The notes under the pieces are model-generated. The model was not told where the DNA came from and did no database searches. It saw only the letters and a list, made by a program, of their open reading frames with translations. A stretch of DNA of 64,000 bases from Proteobacteria bacterium bin106 (GTDB lineage: Bacteria > Bdellovibrionota_B > Oligoflexia > Oligoflexales > Bin106), in assembly GCA_002238945.1 (NCBI GenBank), contig MPNI01000010.1, forward strand, positions 971 to 64,970, written 5' to 3'. Shown one piece after another: positions 19,788 to 29,102 of the stretch. Position 1 is the first letter of the stretch, and each line of letters starts with the position of its first letter. The position numbers and the translations under genes are program-made.

Positions 19788-21305
19788 TTATTTGTTATCT
19801 AGAGAGTATTCGAGATGGGCTTTGAGATGCTTTGCAAAGTAAGCATCACCGTCAAGGTTAACTTTAAGCTCTTTAGCCTTTTCAGCATTGTAAAGAACGA
19901 CCATTGTGTGAGGTTTGTCAATGACATACTTTTGAATATATCTACTCAGATCCTCTAATGTAACGCTTTGCATTCCTTTAAGATAGCCTGCGTAATAGTT
20001 AATATCAGCAGCAGCGGTGAAGTAACTGAGATGACCTTCAAGATCTAAGAAATCATCTGCTTTGACCTTGAATTCCACGCTGAGTTTAAGTTTGACTTCA
20101 TCGAGTTGTGTTTGGGTGAAGTAATCTGGCTTAGCCCATTCTTTAGCTTCATTGAACATATTTTCTATAGCCTGATCTATTTTGTTTGCCTGTGCCGCAA
20201 TTCCCATGTTGATGTATGGGGCAACAGAGGTGGTTAGATAGTACATGTAGCCATCGTAGATTTCACCTGTTTTGATGTATTTTTGATAAAAAGGTGTGCC
20301 CTTATGAGAGAGCAATGTTGAGAAAACATCAGCTACATAAGAATCTTCAGGATTCTCAGATACTTTGAAAGCATCAAAACGTATATTAGCTACAGCTTCA
20401 GTTTGCCGCGGGTGTGAGAAGTTCATCCGCTTGGATGTGCTAGGAAAATCAGGAAATTCCACGTAAGGAGGCTTTTGCCAGCCTTCAGGTGCTTTCCAGT
20501 GGCCGAAGTATTTGTCAATCACTTTAACAGCGTTGTCGTGGTCCACGTTTCCAACCAAATATATCCGCGTATTGGCAGGAGCCATGATGGAGTCTGTTAA
20601 CTTTTTAAGCTTATCTCTGTTGGCCTCAAGAATGTATTTTTTGGTCATGCCAAGCGGAGTTACGCCATAGTACTTGTTTCCATATACCAGATGATTAAGG
20701 ACATTGTTTGAAGCAAAACTTGGTTTGAGGGCATAGCGATTGAATTCATCATTAACAACCCGAATTTCATCTTTGATCTCCTGAGGATCAAGGGCTAAAG
20801 AAAAAACTGAGGCAGCAGCTAACTCCGATGTTTCTTCAAGAAACATCGCAGGGAAGATGAAGTGGTAATCCACATAGTCTCTACCTGTTGTGGCATTACT
20901 GATGATCCCGAGCTGTCTTTCTCTTTTTCTGTATGCCACTTCATTGGGAGCTAATCCATTGCCTTTCATAAAGAGATGTTCAAGCAGATGAGTAAGACCA
21001 TCTGTTTCTTTGGTTTCGGTTTTAGCGCCTGCATCAAATTGCACTTTAAGCATGAGTAAAGGTGTGTAACTCACATTTGCCGTGATGATGGTGAGGCCAT
21101 TATCCAATGTTTCAACCTTATATTCTGCTGCCTGTGCAGTTGAAAGGTATAGCATGCTCAACATAAAACTCAGCACTGTGGATTGTAGGTAGTAGCGGTG
21201 TTTTTTTGTGGCTGAAAATGTGGCTGTAAATGCGGCTGTAAATGCGGCTGTAAATGCGGTTATAAGCCGTTTGCTAAACATAGAGAAAAGAGAGTGCTTG
21301 TGCAT
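19788..21305 (-). CDS. M16 family zinc peptidase, secreted, paralogue B
   Basis: An identical GLTHLLEHLFMKGN motif. Collinear with paralogue A. Confidence 0.85.
   Translation of the reverse strand: MHKHSLFSMFSKRLITAFTAAFTAAFTATFSATKKHRYYLQSTVLSFMLSMLYLSTAQAAEYKVETLDNGLTIITANVSYTPLLMLKVQFDAGAKTETKETDGLTHLLEHLFMKGNGLAPNEVAYRKRERQLGIISNATTGRDYVDYHFIFPAMFLEETSELAAASVFSLALDPQEIKDEIRVVNDEFNRYALKPSFASNNVLNHLVYGNKYYGVTPLGMTKKYILEANRDKLKKLTDSIMAPANTRIYLVGNVDHDNAVKVIDKYFGHWKAPEGWQKPPYVEFPDFPSTSKRMNFSHPRQTEAVANIRFDAFKVSENPEDSYVADVFSTLLSHKGTPFYQKYIKTGEIYDGYMYYLTTSVAPYINMGIAAQANKIDQAIENMFNEAKEWAKPDYFTQTQLDEVKLKLSVEFKVKADDFLDLEGHLSYFTAAADINYYAGYLKGMQSVTLEDLSRYIQKYVIDKPHTMVVLYNAEKAKELKVNLDGDAYFAKHLKAHLEYSLDNK
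21211..21258. repeat. In-frame 12-bp tandem repeat gctgtaaatgcg x3 plus a degenerate copy, encoding AFTA x3 + TFSA in the N-terminus of M16 paralogue B
   Basis: Direct reading. Confidence 0.9.
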
Positions 21306-21397
21306 GATAACATTCCTTTGACGTATTGATGTATGAGTGAATGAAAGTGATGATGGTTTTAAGAGTTAGTAGGTAGCTAAAATACATGAAGCTTATG

Positions 21398-21436
21398 TAG
21401 TTTATAGTTGTAGTTTATAGTTGTAGTTATAGTATA
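21398..21436. repeat. 13-bp tandem repeat tagtttatagttg x2 plus a degenerate copy
   Basis: Direct reading. Confidence 0.85.
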
Positions 21437-21678
21437 TAAAGTTGCGGTTTGTTGTGGTTATTTGTGATGTTTTGCTATTTTCATAAAGTCTTACACGATA
21501 CACATAGTATTACAAGTTACATGATTTAGGTTATATATAACAGCCCCACTGTGGGTACTGTTTTGATGTTTTTGTGTTTTGTTCTTGCGTGCTTTGTTCT
21601 TGTATTTTTACCTGTTTGCTTACCAGCATGTTTCATTGCTTTTAACAAGCAAACAGAAATGGAAACAGTTTAATCAGT

Positions 21679-21720
21679 TATACCCAGTCATACCCAGTCA
21701 GCTATACCCAGTCAGCTATA
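21679..21720. repeat. Nested 10/14-bp tandem repeats (tacccagtca x2, gctatacccagtca x2)
   Basis: Direct reading. Confidence 0.8.
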
Positions 21721-22431
21721 TCAAGAGAAGTCATATGTGAGTCCAGGGTGGTATATAAAAACGTTCCCCATCACCACAAGTCTTACCGAGTGATACAATA
21801 CAAAACATACAGCTAAAAGCAAGGTAAATTTTTGATGGTGTATTGCTATGTAAGAGATGTAGTGAAAAGTCACAAAAAAAAGCAACAGGTATACATCTAG
21901 TGCAATATGCCCAGTGCTTTCTCTAGTTAACCTCGCTTCTTTCTTTTAGTGCTCATGGCTGTTAGTGCTCAAGTAGTGCTCAAGGCTGTCAGAATCTTCT
22001 AGCCTTTTTTCTGTGATGGTGATTAAAGACTTAATGGATTGCGATGATGGTTTTTTAAAAAGGGTGAGTTGTTTTTGCGTAAGATTATTCCATGATGGAT
22101 GGGTAAAAAAGATAGGGACACTTTTATTTTTGAGTATTTTTAAGCGATTTTTTCAGTTGTGTGGATTTGATGATATTTCTTGTATTTCTTTGTTCTGAAA
22201 TGTTTTAGGAGTAGGCGGTTTTATGTTTTGTGGATAGCATTAGATGTTTCTTCTTAGCTGGCTGTACTGTAAGGTTTTACTAACAAAAGTGTTGCAAAAT
22301 CTATTTTTTTTTGAAAAATATCTTTTTAGATAACATTAAAAGCAAAACAAACCTTTGATCATGCTTTGCCTTTAAGGGGTGTCTTGTGTTTGATATTTGA
22401 TAATAATATTTGATAGCATGATAGCGAGAAC

Positions 22432-23832
22432 TCAGATATTTGAAGCTATATCAGCTGCTGAGCCGATATAGGTATGGGGAGTGAGGGAGAGGAGGCGTTT
22501 TCTGTCTTCATGAGCACTTTCTGGTAGTAGAGAAGAAAGATCTTTGCTGATCTGTTGCATGGTTTGAGATGAGATCGGCTTGCCTCGGGTTTTTTCTTTG
22601 AGCTTTTCATAGCCATCATGGATACCGTGTTTGCGTAGGAGGGTTTGTATGGCCTCTGCTAACACTTCGTGGGCCTTGTGGAGATCGTTATCGAGGACTT
22701 CTTGGTTAAGTGCCACTTTAGATAATCCTTTAAGCAGTCCTTGAATAGCCAGGCTGTGATAGCTGACACAACTTCCTAAGGAGCGTAGAACTGTGGAATC
22801 GGAAAGATCTCGTTGATAGCGAGAAATCAGGAGTTTTTCGCTGAGATGAACGCATAAGGAGCTTGCCAGTCCTAAATTTCCTTCAGCGTTTTCAAAATCA
22901 ATGGGGTTGATTTTATGAGGCATGGTTGAAGATCCTACTTCATTTGGTTGCACGTGTTGGCTAAAATAGCCTAAAGAAATATAACCCCACATATCTCGAG
23001 CTAAATCCAAGCATATGCTGTTGATGCGTCTGAGAGTATCTAGGTATTCTGCAAGGGTGTCATGATTTTCTATTTGTGTCACTGTGGGATTGTGTTGAAG
23101 GCCAAGAGAGGTGACAAACTCTTTGCCCCAGTCCTGCCAAGGAACGGAAGGGTAAGCTATTAAGTGAGCATTGTAATTGCCAGTAGCTCCAGCCATTTTG
23201 CCTGTAATCGCTTGTTGTTGAAGAAGATGGTACTGGCGTTGTAAACGGCTGACAAACACGCTGAGTTCTTTGCCCATGGTGGTGGGAGAGGCTACTTGGC
23301 CATGAGTTCTTCCTACCATGGCTGAGCTGGCGTATGTGTGGGCCATGGAGCGTACATTCTTTATAAGAGTATGGAGTTTTGGTAAGATGATGTGGCAGCG
23401 AAGGTCTTTAAGCATTAAGCCATAGGCTAAATTGTTGATATCTTCAGAGGTAGCTGCAAAATGGATAAAAGCTAGAAAATGCTCAGGTGCTTTGTAAGCC
23501 TGTAGTCTTTCTTTGAGGTAGTATTCTACAGCTTTGACATCGTGTTGTGTGGTTTGTTCTAGGGCTTTGATGCGTGCTGTAGCTTCTTTGGCGATGTTTC
23601 CTTGCTGGACCTCTTGAAGAAATGTCACGATAGGGTTTCTGTGTTCAGCAGGAATCAAAGATAGTAAAGTTCCTGGATAGATCTCTTCTTTTTTGGCAAG
23701 ATAGTCAAGCCAATGAGCCTCAACACGTAAGCGATATGTGATCAGTGCTGCCTCAGAGGCATATAGGCTAATGGGTGCTGTGGATGGGCTATAACGTCCA
23801 TCTAGTGGAGAAATAGCATGTAGTGTATCCAA
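22432..23832 (-). CDS. purB: Adenylosuccinate lyase
   Basis: 466 aa. Fumarate-lyase signature SSTMPHKINPIDFEN. Apparent TTG start. Confidence 0.95.
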   Translation of the reverse strand: MDTLHAISPLDGRYSPSTAPISLYASEAALITYRLRVEAHWLDYLAKKEEIYPGTLLSLIPAEHRNPIVTFLQEVQQGNIAKEATARIKALEQTTQHDVKAVEYYLKERLQAYKAPEHFLAFIHFAATSEDINNLAYGLMLKDLRCHIILPKLHTLIKNVRSMAHTYASSAMVGRTHGQVASPTTMGKELSVFVSRLQRQYHLLQQQAITGKMAGATGNYNAHLIAYPSVPWQDWGKEFVTSLGLQHNPTVTQIENHDTLAEYLDTLRRINSICLDLARDMWGYISLGYFSQHVQPNEVGSSTMPHKINPIDFENAEGNLGLASSLCVHLSEKLLISRYQRDLSDSTVLRSLGSCVSYHSLAIQGLLKGLSKVALNQEVLDNDLHKAHEVLAEAIQTLLRKHGIHDGYEKLKEKTRGKPISSQTMQQISKDLSSLLPESAHEDRKRLLSLTPHTYIGSAADIASNI

Positions 23833-23874
23833 AATGGTTTTATCCTTAACTATGTATATGAATGATTTATGTGA

Positions 23875-23939
23875 GCTATCTATAACAGCTATCTATAACA
23901 GCTATTTATAGCAGCTATGAATAACAGCTATGAATATGA
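23875..23939. repeat. 13-bp tandem repeat x5 (gctatctataaca x2, then progressively diverged copies)
   Basis: Direct reading. It lies in the purB-purA divergent spacer. Confidence 0.9.
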
Positions 23940-24294
23940 ATTATTCCTATCCATAATATCCATAGCTGTAGATTAAAAAGGACACATAGAGGCAATGTTT
24001 AGGTAACCAGTTAGCATCATAAGGTGTTTTTTAAAAAAGTAGACATAGTATAAACATTTATAACGGATTAAAGAACAGATTAAAAAACTGAGTTAAGAGC
24101 AAAGAATAAGACAGATTAAGAAGCAAAACACAATCACATTCTGTCACGCTTGTTTTTGCGATCGTTTCTTTTTATACGCATTTCATAGTAGTTAAGTTGA
24201 GATTCTAATCAAGATGTATCTTTCATTTATATGAAGAGCTTGCTTACGAAAAGGATCCAATAAAGGATATAAAGACAGAAAGAGAGGTTGAAGG

Positions 24295-25617
24295 GTGCTA
24301 GAAGTACATATTGTGGTGGGCTGTCAATGGGGTGATGAGGGTAAAGGGAAATGGATTGATGTCCTTTCAGCTGATTGTGATATGGTTGCACGTTATCAAG
24401 GGGGTAATAATGCTGGTCATACGTTATGGATTGAAGGTCAAAAATACGTTTTGAATCATTTGCCATCAGGGGTATTTCGTCCTTCTGTGGTAAATGTGTT
24501 GTTAGCTGGGATGGTGATCAATCCACTGCATTTGCTCTCAGAAATTCGTAGCTTACCCAACACCATCACCCTTGATGAGCATCGTCTGTGGATATCGCGG
24601 CGTTGTCATGTGATCACGCCTTGGCATTTGTGGCTTGATGAGCAAAGAGAATTGCGCCGTCCTTGTGGTATTGGTACCACTAAGAAAGGTATTGGTCCTG
24701 CATATGCTGACAGAACGAGTCGTATAGGGTTGTGTTTAGAGCATGCTGTTGATAGCACAAAAAGGCGTGCTTGGATGGAAGCTATGGCTAAGGAATGGGG
24801 TGAGTTTGAAGGGTTTGTGAAAAGTCATGAAAAGCTCTGGCAGGATTTTGAAGAAGCTCTTGTGTGTCTGTCTCCTTATCTTTGTGATGCAGAGCATCGT
24901 CTTAGACAGAAATGGAAAGCTGGTAAGGATAAGAAACATCAAAAAATTCTTTGTGAGGGTGCACAAGGCACACTTTTGGATGTGTGTCATGGAACCTATC
25001 CTTTTGTGACGTCAAGCCATACCATAGCTGCTGGCGCTTTGGTAAGTCTGGGTTGGGGTTGTGGAGAGTCCATTCACACCATAGGTATTGCTAAAGCTTA
25101 TACAACACGTGTGGGTGCGGGGCCTTTTCCCACAGAACTTACCTGTGCTAATGGCCAGATATTGGCAGAAAAAGGTCAAGAGAAGGGTGCTACCACGGGA
25201 CGTGATCGGCGTTGTGGTTGGTTAGATCTTGTGGCTTTACGTTATAGCTGTGAGGTGAATGGTTTAGATGAAATCTATCTTAATAAGTTAGATATTCTTT
25301 GTTATCTTCCTTCTTTAAAGGTGTGTGTGGGCTATGAGCATCCTCTCCTAGGTAGAATAGATTATTTTCCTAGCGATCATCATATTCTCAGTGAACTCAC
25401 TTGTGTTTATCGTGAATTTCTTAGTTGGGATCTTGATGAACTTACCTCTCTACAGCATGCTTGTAAGCATGCCACTACTCCTGCACAGAGAAGTGTGTCT
25501 TTGCTTGGCTCTTCTATGCTTAACTATATCAGCTTTATTGAAGAGTTTTGTGGTGTTCCTGTGACACGGGTGGGAATTGGTGCTGCAAGAGAGGCTTATT
25601 TATCCAAAGAGACATGA
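24295..25617 (+). CDS. purA: Adenylosuccinate synthetase
   Basis: GCQWGDEGKGK P-loop, GGNNAGHT, TTKKGIGPAY, GATTGR. GTG start. Confidence 0.95.
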   Translation: MLEVHIVVGCQWGDEGKGKWIDVLSADCDMVARYQGGNNAGHTLWIEGQKYVLNHLPSGVFRPSVVNVLLAGMVINPLHLLSEIRSLPNTITLDEHRLWISRRCHVITPWHLWLDEQRELRRPCGIGTTKKGIGPAYADRTSRIGLCLEHAVDSTKRRAWMEAMAKEWGEFEGFVKSHEKLWQDFEEALVCLSPYLCDAEHRLRQKWKAGKDKKHQKILCEGAQGTLLDVCHGTYPFVTSSHTIAAGALVSLGWGCGESIHTIGIAKAYTTRVGAGPFPTELTCANGQILAEKGQEKGATTGRDRRCGWLDLVALRYSCEVNGLDEIYLNKLDILCYLPSLKVCVGYEHPLLGRIDYFPSDHHILSELTCVYREFLSWDLDELTSLQHACKHATTPAQRSVSLLGSSMLNYISFIEEFCGVPVTRVGIGAAREAYLSKET

Positions 25618-26603
25618 TGACAATTAGCAGCAAAACCGCCGTTTGCTGGATTTGTCAAACAATAATAGCTGATATCATTGGTTAAGTTACTTGCTGTGAG
25701 AAATTTCAATAAAGGAGGGATCATCTTTTTGAGATTTTCCACCTGAGTAGCCACTGTGGATTCTTCTATGGGCTCAAACAAAAAAGGCACATATTCCACG
25801 GTTCTTGCTTCATTGTACGTCAGATTTCTGCGTTGTAAGCGCAGTAAGTTTTGTTGGCTCTGGGTGATTCTTTTAAGGAATTTATCCTGGTTATATTTGT
25901 TTGCCCACACCAGTGCAACTCCTGTGCCTATAGCCACAATTCCTAAATTTCGAATAGCTGAAGCTCGTAATTTAAAGCCTTTGAATTCAGCATTGTCGAT
26001 CATGCTTTTTAAAAATTCTTGTGTACTTACATTGAACTCCTTAGATATACGTTCTACTCCAATCTTACGGATAATATATGCTCCTATGCCAACAGAAAAA
26101 GCTAGCAAACTGAGATCGCGTTTTTGCACAGAGTCTGCAAGTGAATTAGCTAGTTCTTTTTCATGAAATTCATTGTTGGCTTTTTCATAAGTTTTTAAAG
26201 CTTGCAGAAATGATTCACGCAGGTTGAACTCTTTATCAAGTGTATTTATGGAGTGGACAAAAACGGGTTGTTTTTGGAAATCATAGAATAATGGATGACA
26301 TGTTTTCCAAAGAGATGTTGTTTCTTTAGATGCTCGCCGGCAAATAATAAATTGGTTTTCATTCTTTTTGGAAACTTTATTGATGGTTTCTACAAAATAC
26401 ACCCCCAAACCACTTTCGTCGTTTACAGCATGCAGTGAACTGCTGTCTTCTGCGTGAGGCTCTTCTGCGTGAGGCTCATTGTTTGAGTTTACTCGGTCAC
26501 CACAGCTAGTCAGGAATAAACACAGGCTTCCAAGGATACTTACTATTTTAAGAGTTGTTAAGGGCATCCATTTGGACTGTGATGTATGAGGTGATGTGAT
26601 CAT
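25596..26603 (-). CDS. Hypothetical lipoprotein with central hydrophobic segments (paralogue of 34844..35716)
   Basis: Lipobox LTSCGD. Shared blocks VYFVE, GIVAIGTGVALVWANKYNQDK and a C-terminal YYCL...C. No known domain recognised. Confidence 0.5.
   Translation of the reverse strand: MITSPHTSQSKWMPLTTLKIVSILGSLCLFLTSCGDRVNSNNEPHAEEPHAEDSSSLHAVNDESGLGVYFVETINKVSKKNENQFIICRRASKETTSLWKTCHPLFYDFQKQPVFVHSINTLDKEFNLRESFLQALKTYEKANNEFHEKELANSLADSVQKRDLSLLAFSVGIGAYIIRKIGVERISKEFNVSTQEFLKSMIDNAEFKGFKLRASAIRNLGIVAIGTGVALVWANKYNQDKFLKRITQSQQNLLRLQRRNLTYNEARTVEYVPFLFEPIEESTVATQVENLKKMIPPLLKFLTASNLTNDISYYCLTNPANGGFAANCHHVSLDK
26446..26475. repeat. In-frame 15-bp tandem repeat tcttctgcgtgaggc x2 encoding EEPHA x2
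   Basis: Direct reading. Confidence 0.9.
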
Positions 26604-26764
26604 CAGTCGTTCTCCTAAAGATAGGTGGTGTGGGTTAAGTAGAGGTTATCTATAGTGAATAAAATAGATGATATATGTTACATATGTCATCATTTTCATC
26701 AGGCGAAGTATATTACACAATACGATAACACACAAGCTTTATTACTTTTTATTTAAGAAAAATT

Positions 26765-28522
26765 TTATGGATCTTGCTGGAAGAAAGAAGAAAATACAGA
26801 AGGAGAAGAAAGAGGAAGAGCGGGTATGATGAGTTGGGCCAGTTCTTTTTTGTGTTGCTGTTGGGTTTCGTAGTGGATTTTGTCAAGGTTGAGCATAGCA
26901 AAGAGTGTGAGATGTGTATCGGTGCGTAGAGCTGTGAGTACTTTGTTAAAAGCAGGGTTGCTTAGAGCATCTGCTAGCCATAAATGATAAGCTGTTTGAG
27001 CAATGGTTGGGATATGAAATCGATAGTGTTTGTTTTGGTTATAGGTTTTAAGCTGCTGTTTTGTTTTGGCTAAGAAAGGCATGAAGATGTTTTGGGAGAC
27101 ATTTTGAAGATGTCCGTTGTGGTGTAAGTTAAGATAGATTTTAGCAAATCGCAGTAGACTATCCCAGTTGGTAGGGTTTTGTTGTAGATCTTTTTTTAAG
27201 GCTGCAGTGAGAGTTTTGAAGAGATTCTTGTTATGATGTGAGTTAGGCGCGATCAGTAAATGGAGAGCTTCGATATCCCATTCGTGCGGATCTTCTCCTA
27301 CAAATCGTTGATAGTTGGTAGCGATGTTTTCAAAGAGTTGTGCCCATTTGTTACGATCTTTGCTTGATTCAGGGCAGTGATAGAGCAAAGCTGAAGATGG
27401 GGAGGAAGATAGATGATGGTGTTTAGAGCAGCGTAGCCATTTTTTTGCCACAGAGCAGCTGCTGTGAGATTTGTGAAAGGCTTTGCGATGTATGGCTTTG
27501 TGTTTTAGGGATTTTGAGCAATCTTTGTAGAGTTCTTTGAAGTAGGAAGTGTTACTTAGGAGTTTAGGTAGAGTGCGTGAGTGTTGATAGATGGCGGTGA
27601 GTTGTTTGGCTCGCTGGAATGTTACAGAATTTTGGGTGTTAAAAAACTGGCGTTTTTGGTGTTTTGGTAAGCGATGTGCGGTTTTGAGGACTGAGATGAT
27701 GGACTGAGCTGTGGAGCCTCTGCCTTGATAGATAATATCTTGTTTAGCGGTGAACATATCGTTGCGTTTGATACTGCTATGATGAATGCCGATAACATCT
27801 CCTTTGGTATCTAAGATAGGAGAGCCACTGCTTCCTGGTAAGCTAAATGCATCGATCATCATATGTCCGTGCCGTAACTGCAGGGTTTCGCCTTGAGAGA
27901 ACTTTTTTAGTGATCCTCGAGGGTGTCCAATTAAGTAGATATTTTGGGATGGTTTAAAAGAGAGTGATCTTGCAAATTTCAGTACATGTGGTGGTTTAAA
28001 AGCAACTTTTTGCCAGGTGCGATCCCAGAGTTGGAAGGTATAGAAGGCCACATCAACATCGTCACGTGCTACAACAGGTAAGAGTTCCATATAGTAATAG
28101 GTAGCTGTCTGTTTGCGACTATAATCAAGGGTTACTTTTACAAAACAACCACTTCTGGCACAATGTCCTAGTCCTGCTACATGGTTATTGGTCATAACAA
28201 GAGTTCTGTGTTTGTATCTGATAAAAGAAGCGGTACCATCTTTGATTTTAAACACCGCTTGTGCAGCTTTTTGGATAGCTTGGCTAGCCTTGGGTATATC
28301 TTTGAGAGGAAAAGAAAGGTCTAAAGAAGATACAGAATCTGTGGTATTTGTTGTACCAATGTGGTTTTGGCCGTAAGCTTGAAAGCTTATGGAGCTTATA
28401 CATATACATCCCCATATGGCAGCACAAAGGGTGAGACATTTTTTTACAAAATGCACTGAAGATAGCAGTAGCTTTGTGGCTTTAATGAGAGGATATATAA
28501 GATGTATGGATACGTGTGTCAT
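26765..28522 (-). CDS. Secreted trypsin-like (S1) serine protease with a long C-terminal extension
   Basis: Triad contexts MTNNHVAG (His), DVDVAFYTF (Asp) and PGSSGSPILD (Ser). About 330 aa of His/Lys-rich helical sequence follow. The ORF is open to 28570, but the extra 16 codons are a tandem repeat, so I prefer Met 28522. Confidence 0.75.
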   Translation of the reverse strand: MTHVSIHLIYPLIKATKLLLSSVHFVKKCLTLCAAIWGCICISSISFQAYGQNHIGTTNTTDSVSSLDLSFPLKDIPKASQAIQKAAQAVFKIKDGTASFIRYKHRTLVMTNNHVAGLGHCARSGCFVKVTLDYSRKQTATYYYMELLPVVARDDVDVAFYTFQLWDRTWQKVAFKPPHVLKFARSLSFKPSQNIYLIGHPRGSLKKFSQGETLQLRHGHMMIDAFSLPGSSGSPILDTKGDVIGIHHSSIKRNDMFTAKQDIIYQGRGSTAQSIISVLKTAHRLPKHQKRQFFNTQNSVTFQRAKQLTAIYQHSRTLPKLLSNTSYFKELYKDCSKSLKHKAIHRKAFHKSHSSCSVAKKWLRCSKHHHLSSSPSSALLYHCPESSKDRNKWAQLFENIATNYQRFVGEDPHEWDIEALHLLIAPNSHHNKNLFKTLTAALKKDLQQNPTNWDSLLRFAKIYLNLHHNGHLQNVSQNIFMPFLAKTKQQLKTYNQNKHYRFHIPTIAQTAYHLWLADALSNPAFNKVLTALRTDTHLTLFAMLNLDKIHYETQQQHKKELAQLIIPALPLSSPSVFSSFFQQDP

Positions 28523-28563
28523 AGTTTTTAACAAATAGTTTTTAACAAATAGTTTTTTACAAA
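28523..28563. repeat. 14-bp tandem repeat (tagtttttaacaaa-type) x3, abutting the protease start codon
   Basis: Direct reading. Confidence 0.9.
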
Positions 28564-28720
28564 GGATCACATATCATAAAGAGCAGCATAAGCAGCATAA
28601 GGAGCACACCAGTGATGGCAGAGCATCACATGTTGTTTAGCTGGATATGTGGAGTAAGGTGATACGTCTGTGTTAGCTTAGTGTTAGGTAGCTTACAGGC
28701 AGAAAATATGGACCAAATGG

Positions 28721-28746
28721 AGAAGAAAACGAAAGAAGAAAACGAA
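28721..28746. repeat. 13-bp tandem repeat agaagaaaacgaa x2
   Basis: Direct reading. Confidence 0.85.
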
Positions 28747-29102
28747 AAGCTTGCTTGCTGGTTTGTAATACTTTGTAGTGGGTGTTTTAACAACAAAGCA
28801 GAGAATGCAGATACGGATACAGAAAAAAAGTTGGGCGTTGGGCTAAAAGTAAAAGAAAAAGTCGAAAACAACGACACGTTGTGAAATGGTTGTGCTGTTG
28901 TGAGTGAGTTGAGTTAGCTAGTTAGAAAGACTAGCTAGTGGGGTATAATACATTTTATAAAGCCCTTTTTCAAGAGAAATCTTTGAAGGAAATCTTTGAG
29001 GGACATCTTTAAATAGACTTTTTGGTAGCCATCTGGTTTGTGATAATAGGTATTTATGGGCTAAGGTAGTAGATATTTGTGAGTTTTTTTTGAGGAATTT
29101 AT

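Noticed and set aside
25596-25617. A 22-bp convergent 3' overlap between purA and the lipoprotein gene
   Set aside because: Short convergent overlaps are common and need no special explanation. Both stops are unambiguous.
25756-26166. A 136-aa plus-strand ORF inside the lipoprotein gene
   Set aside because: It is fully nested antisense within a longer ORF that has a lipobox and a paralogue. It has no motif or SD support.
28626-28884. Overlapping 83-aa (minus) and 67-aa (plus) ORFs between the protease gene and sucC
   Set aside because: They overlap each other, are low-complexity (driven by a 13-bp duplication and A-rich runs) and lack SD or motif support.
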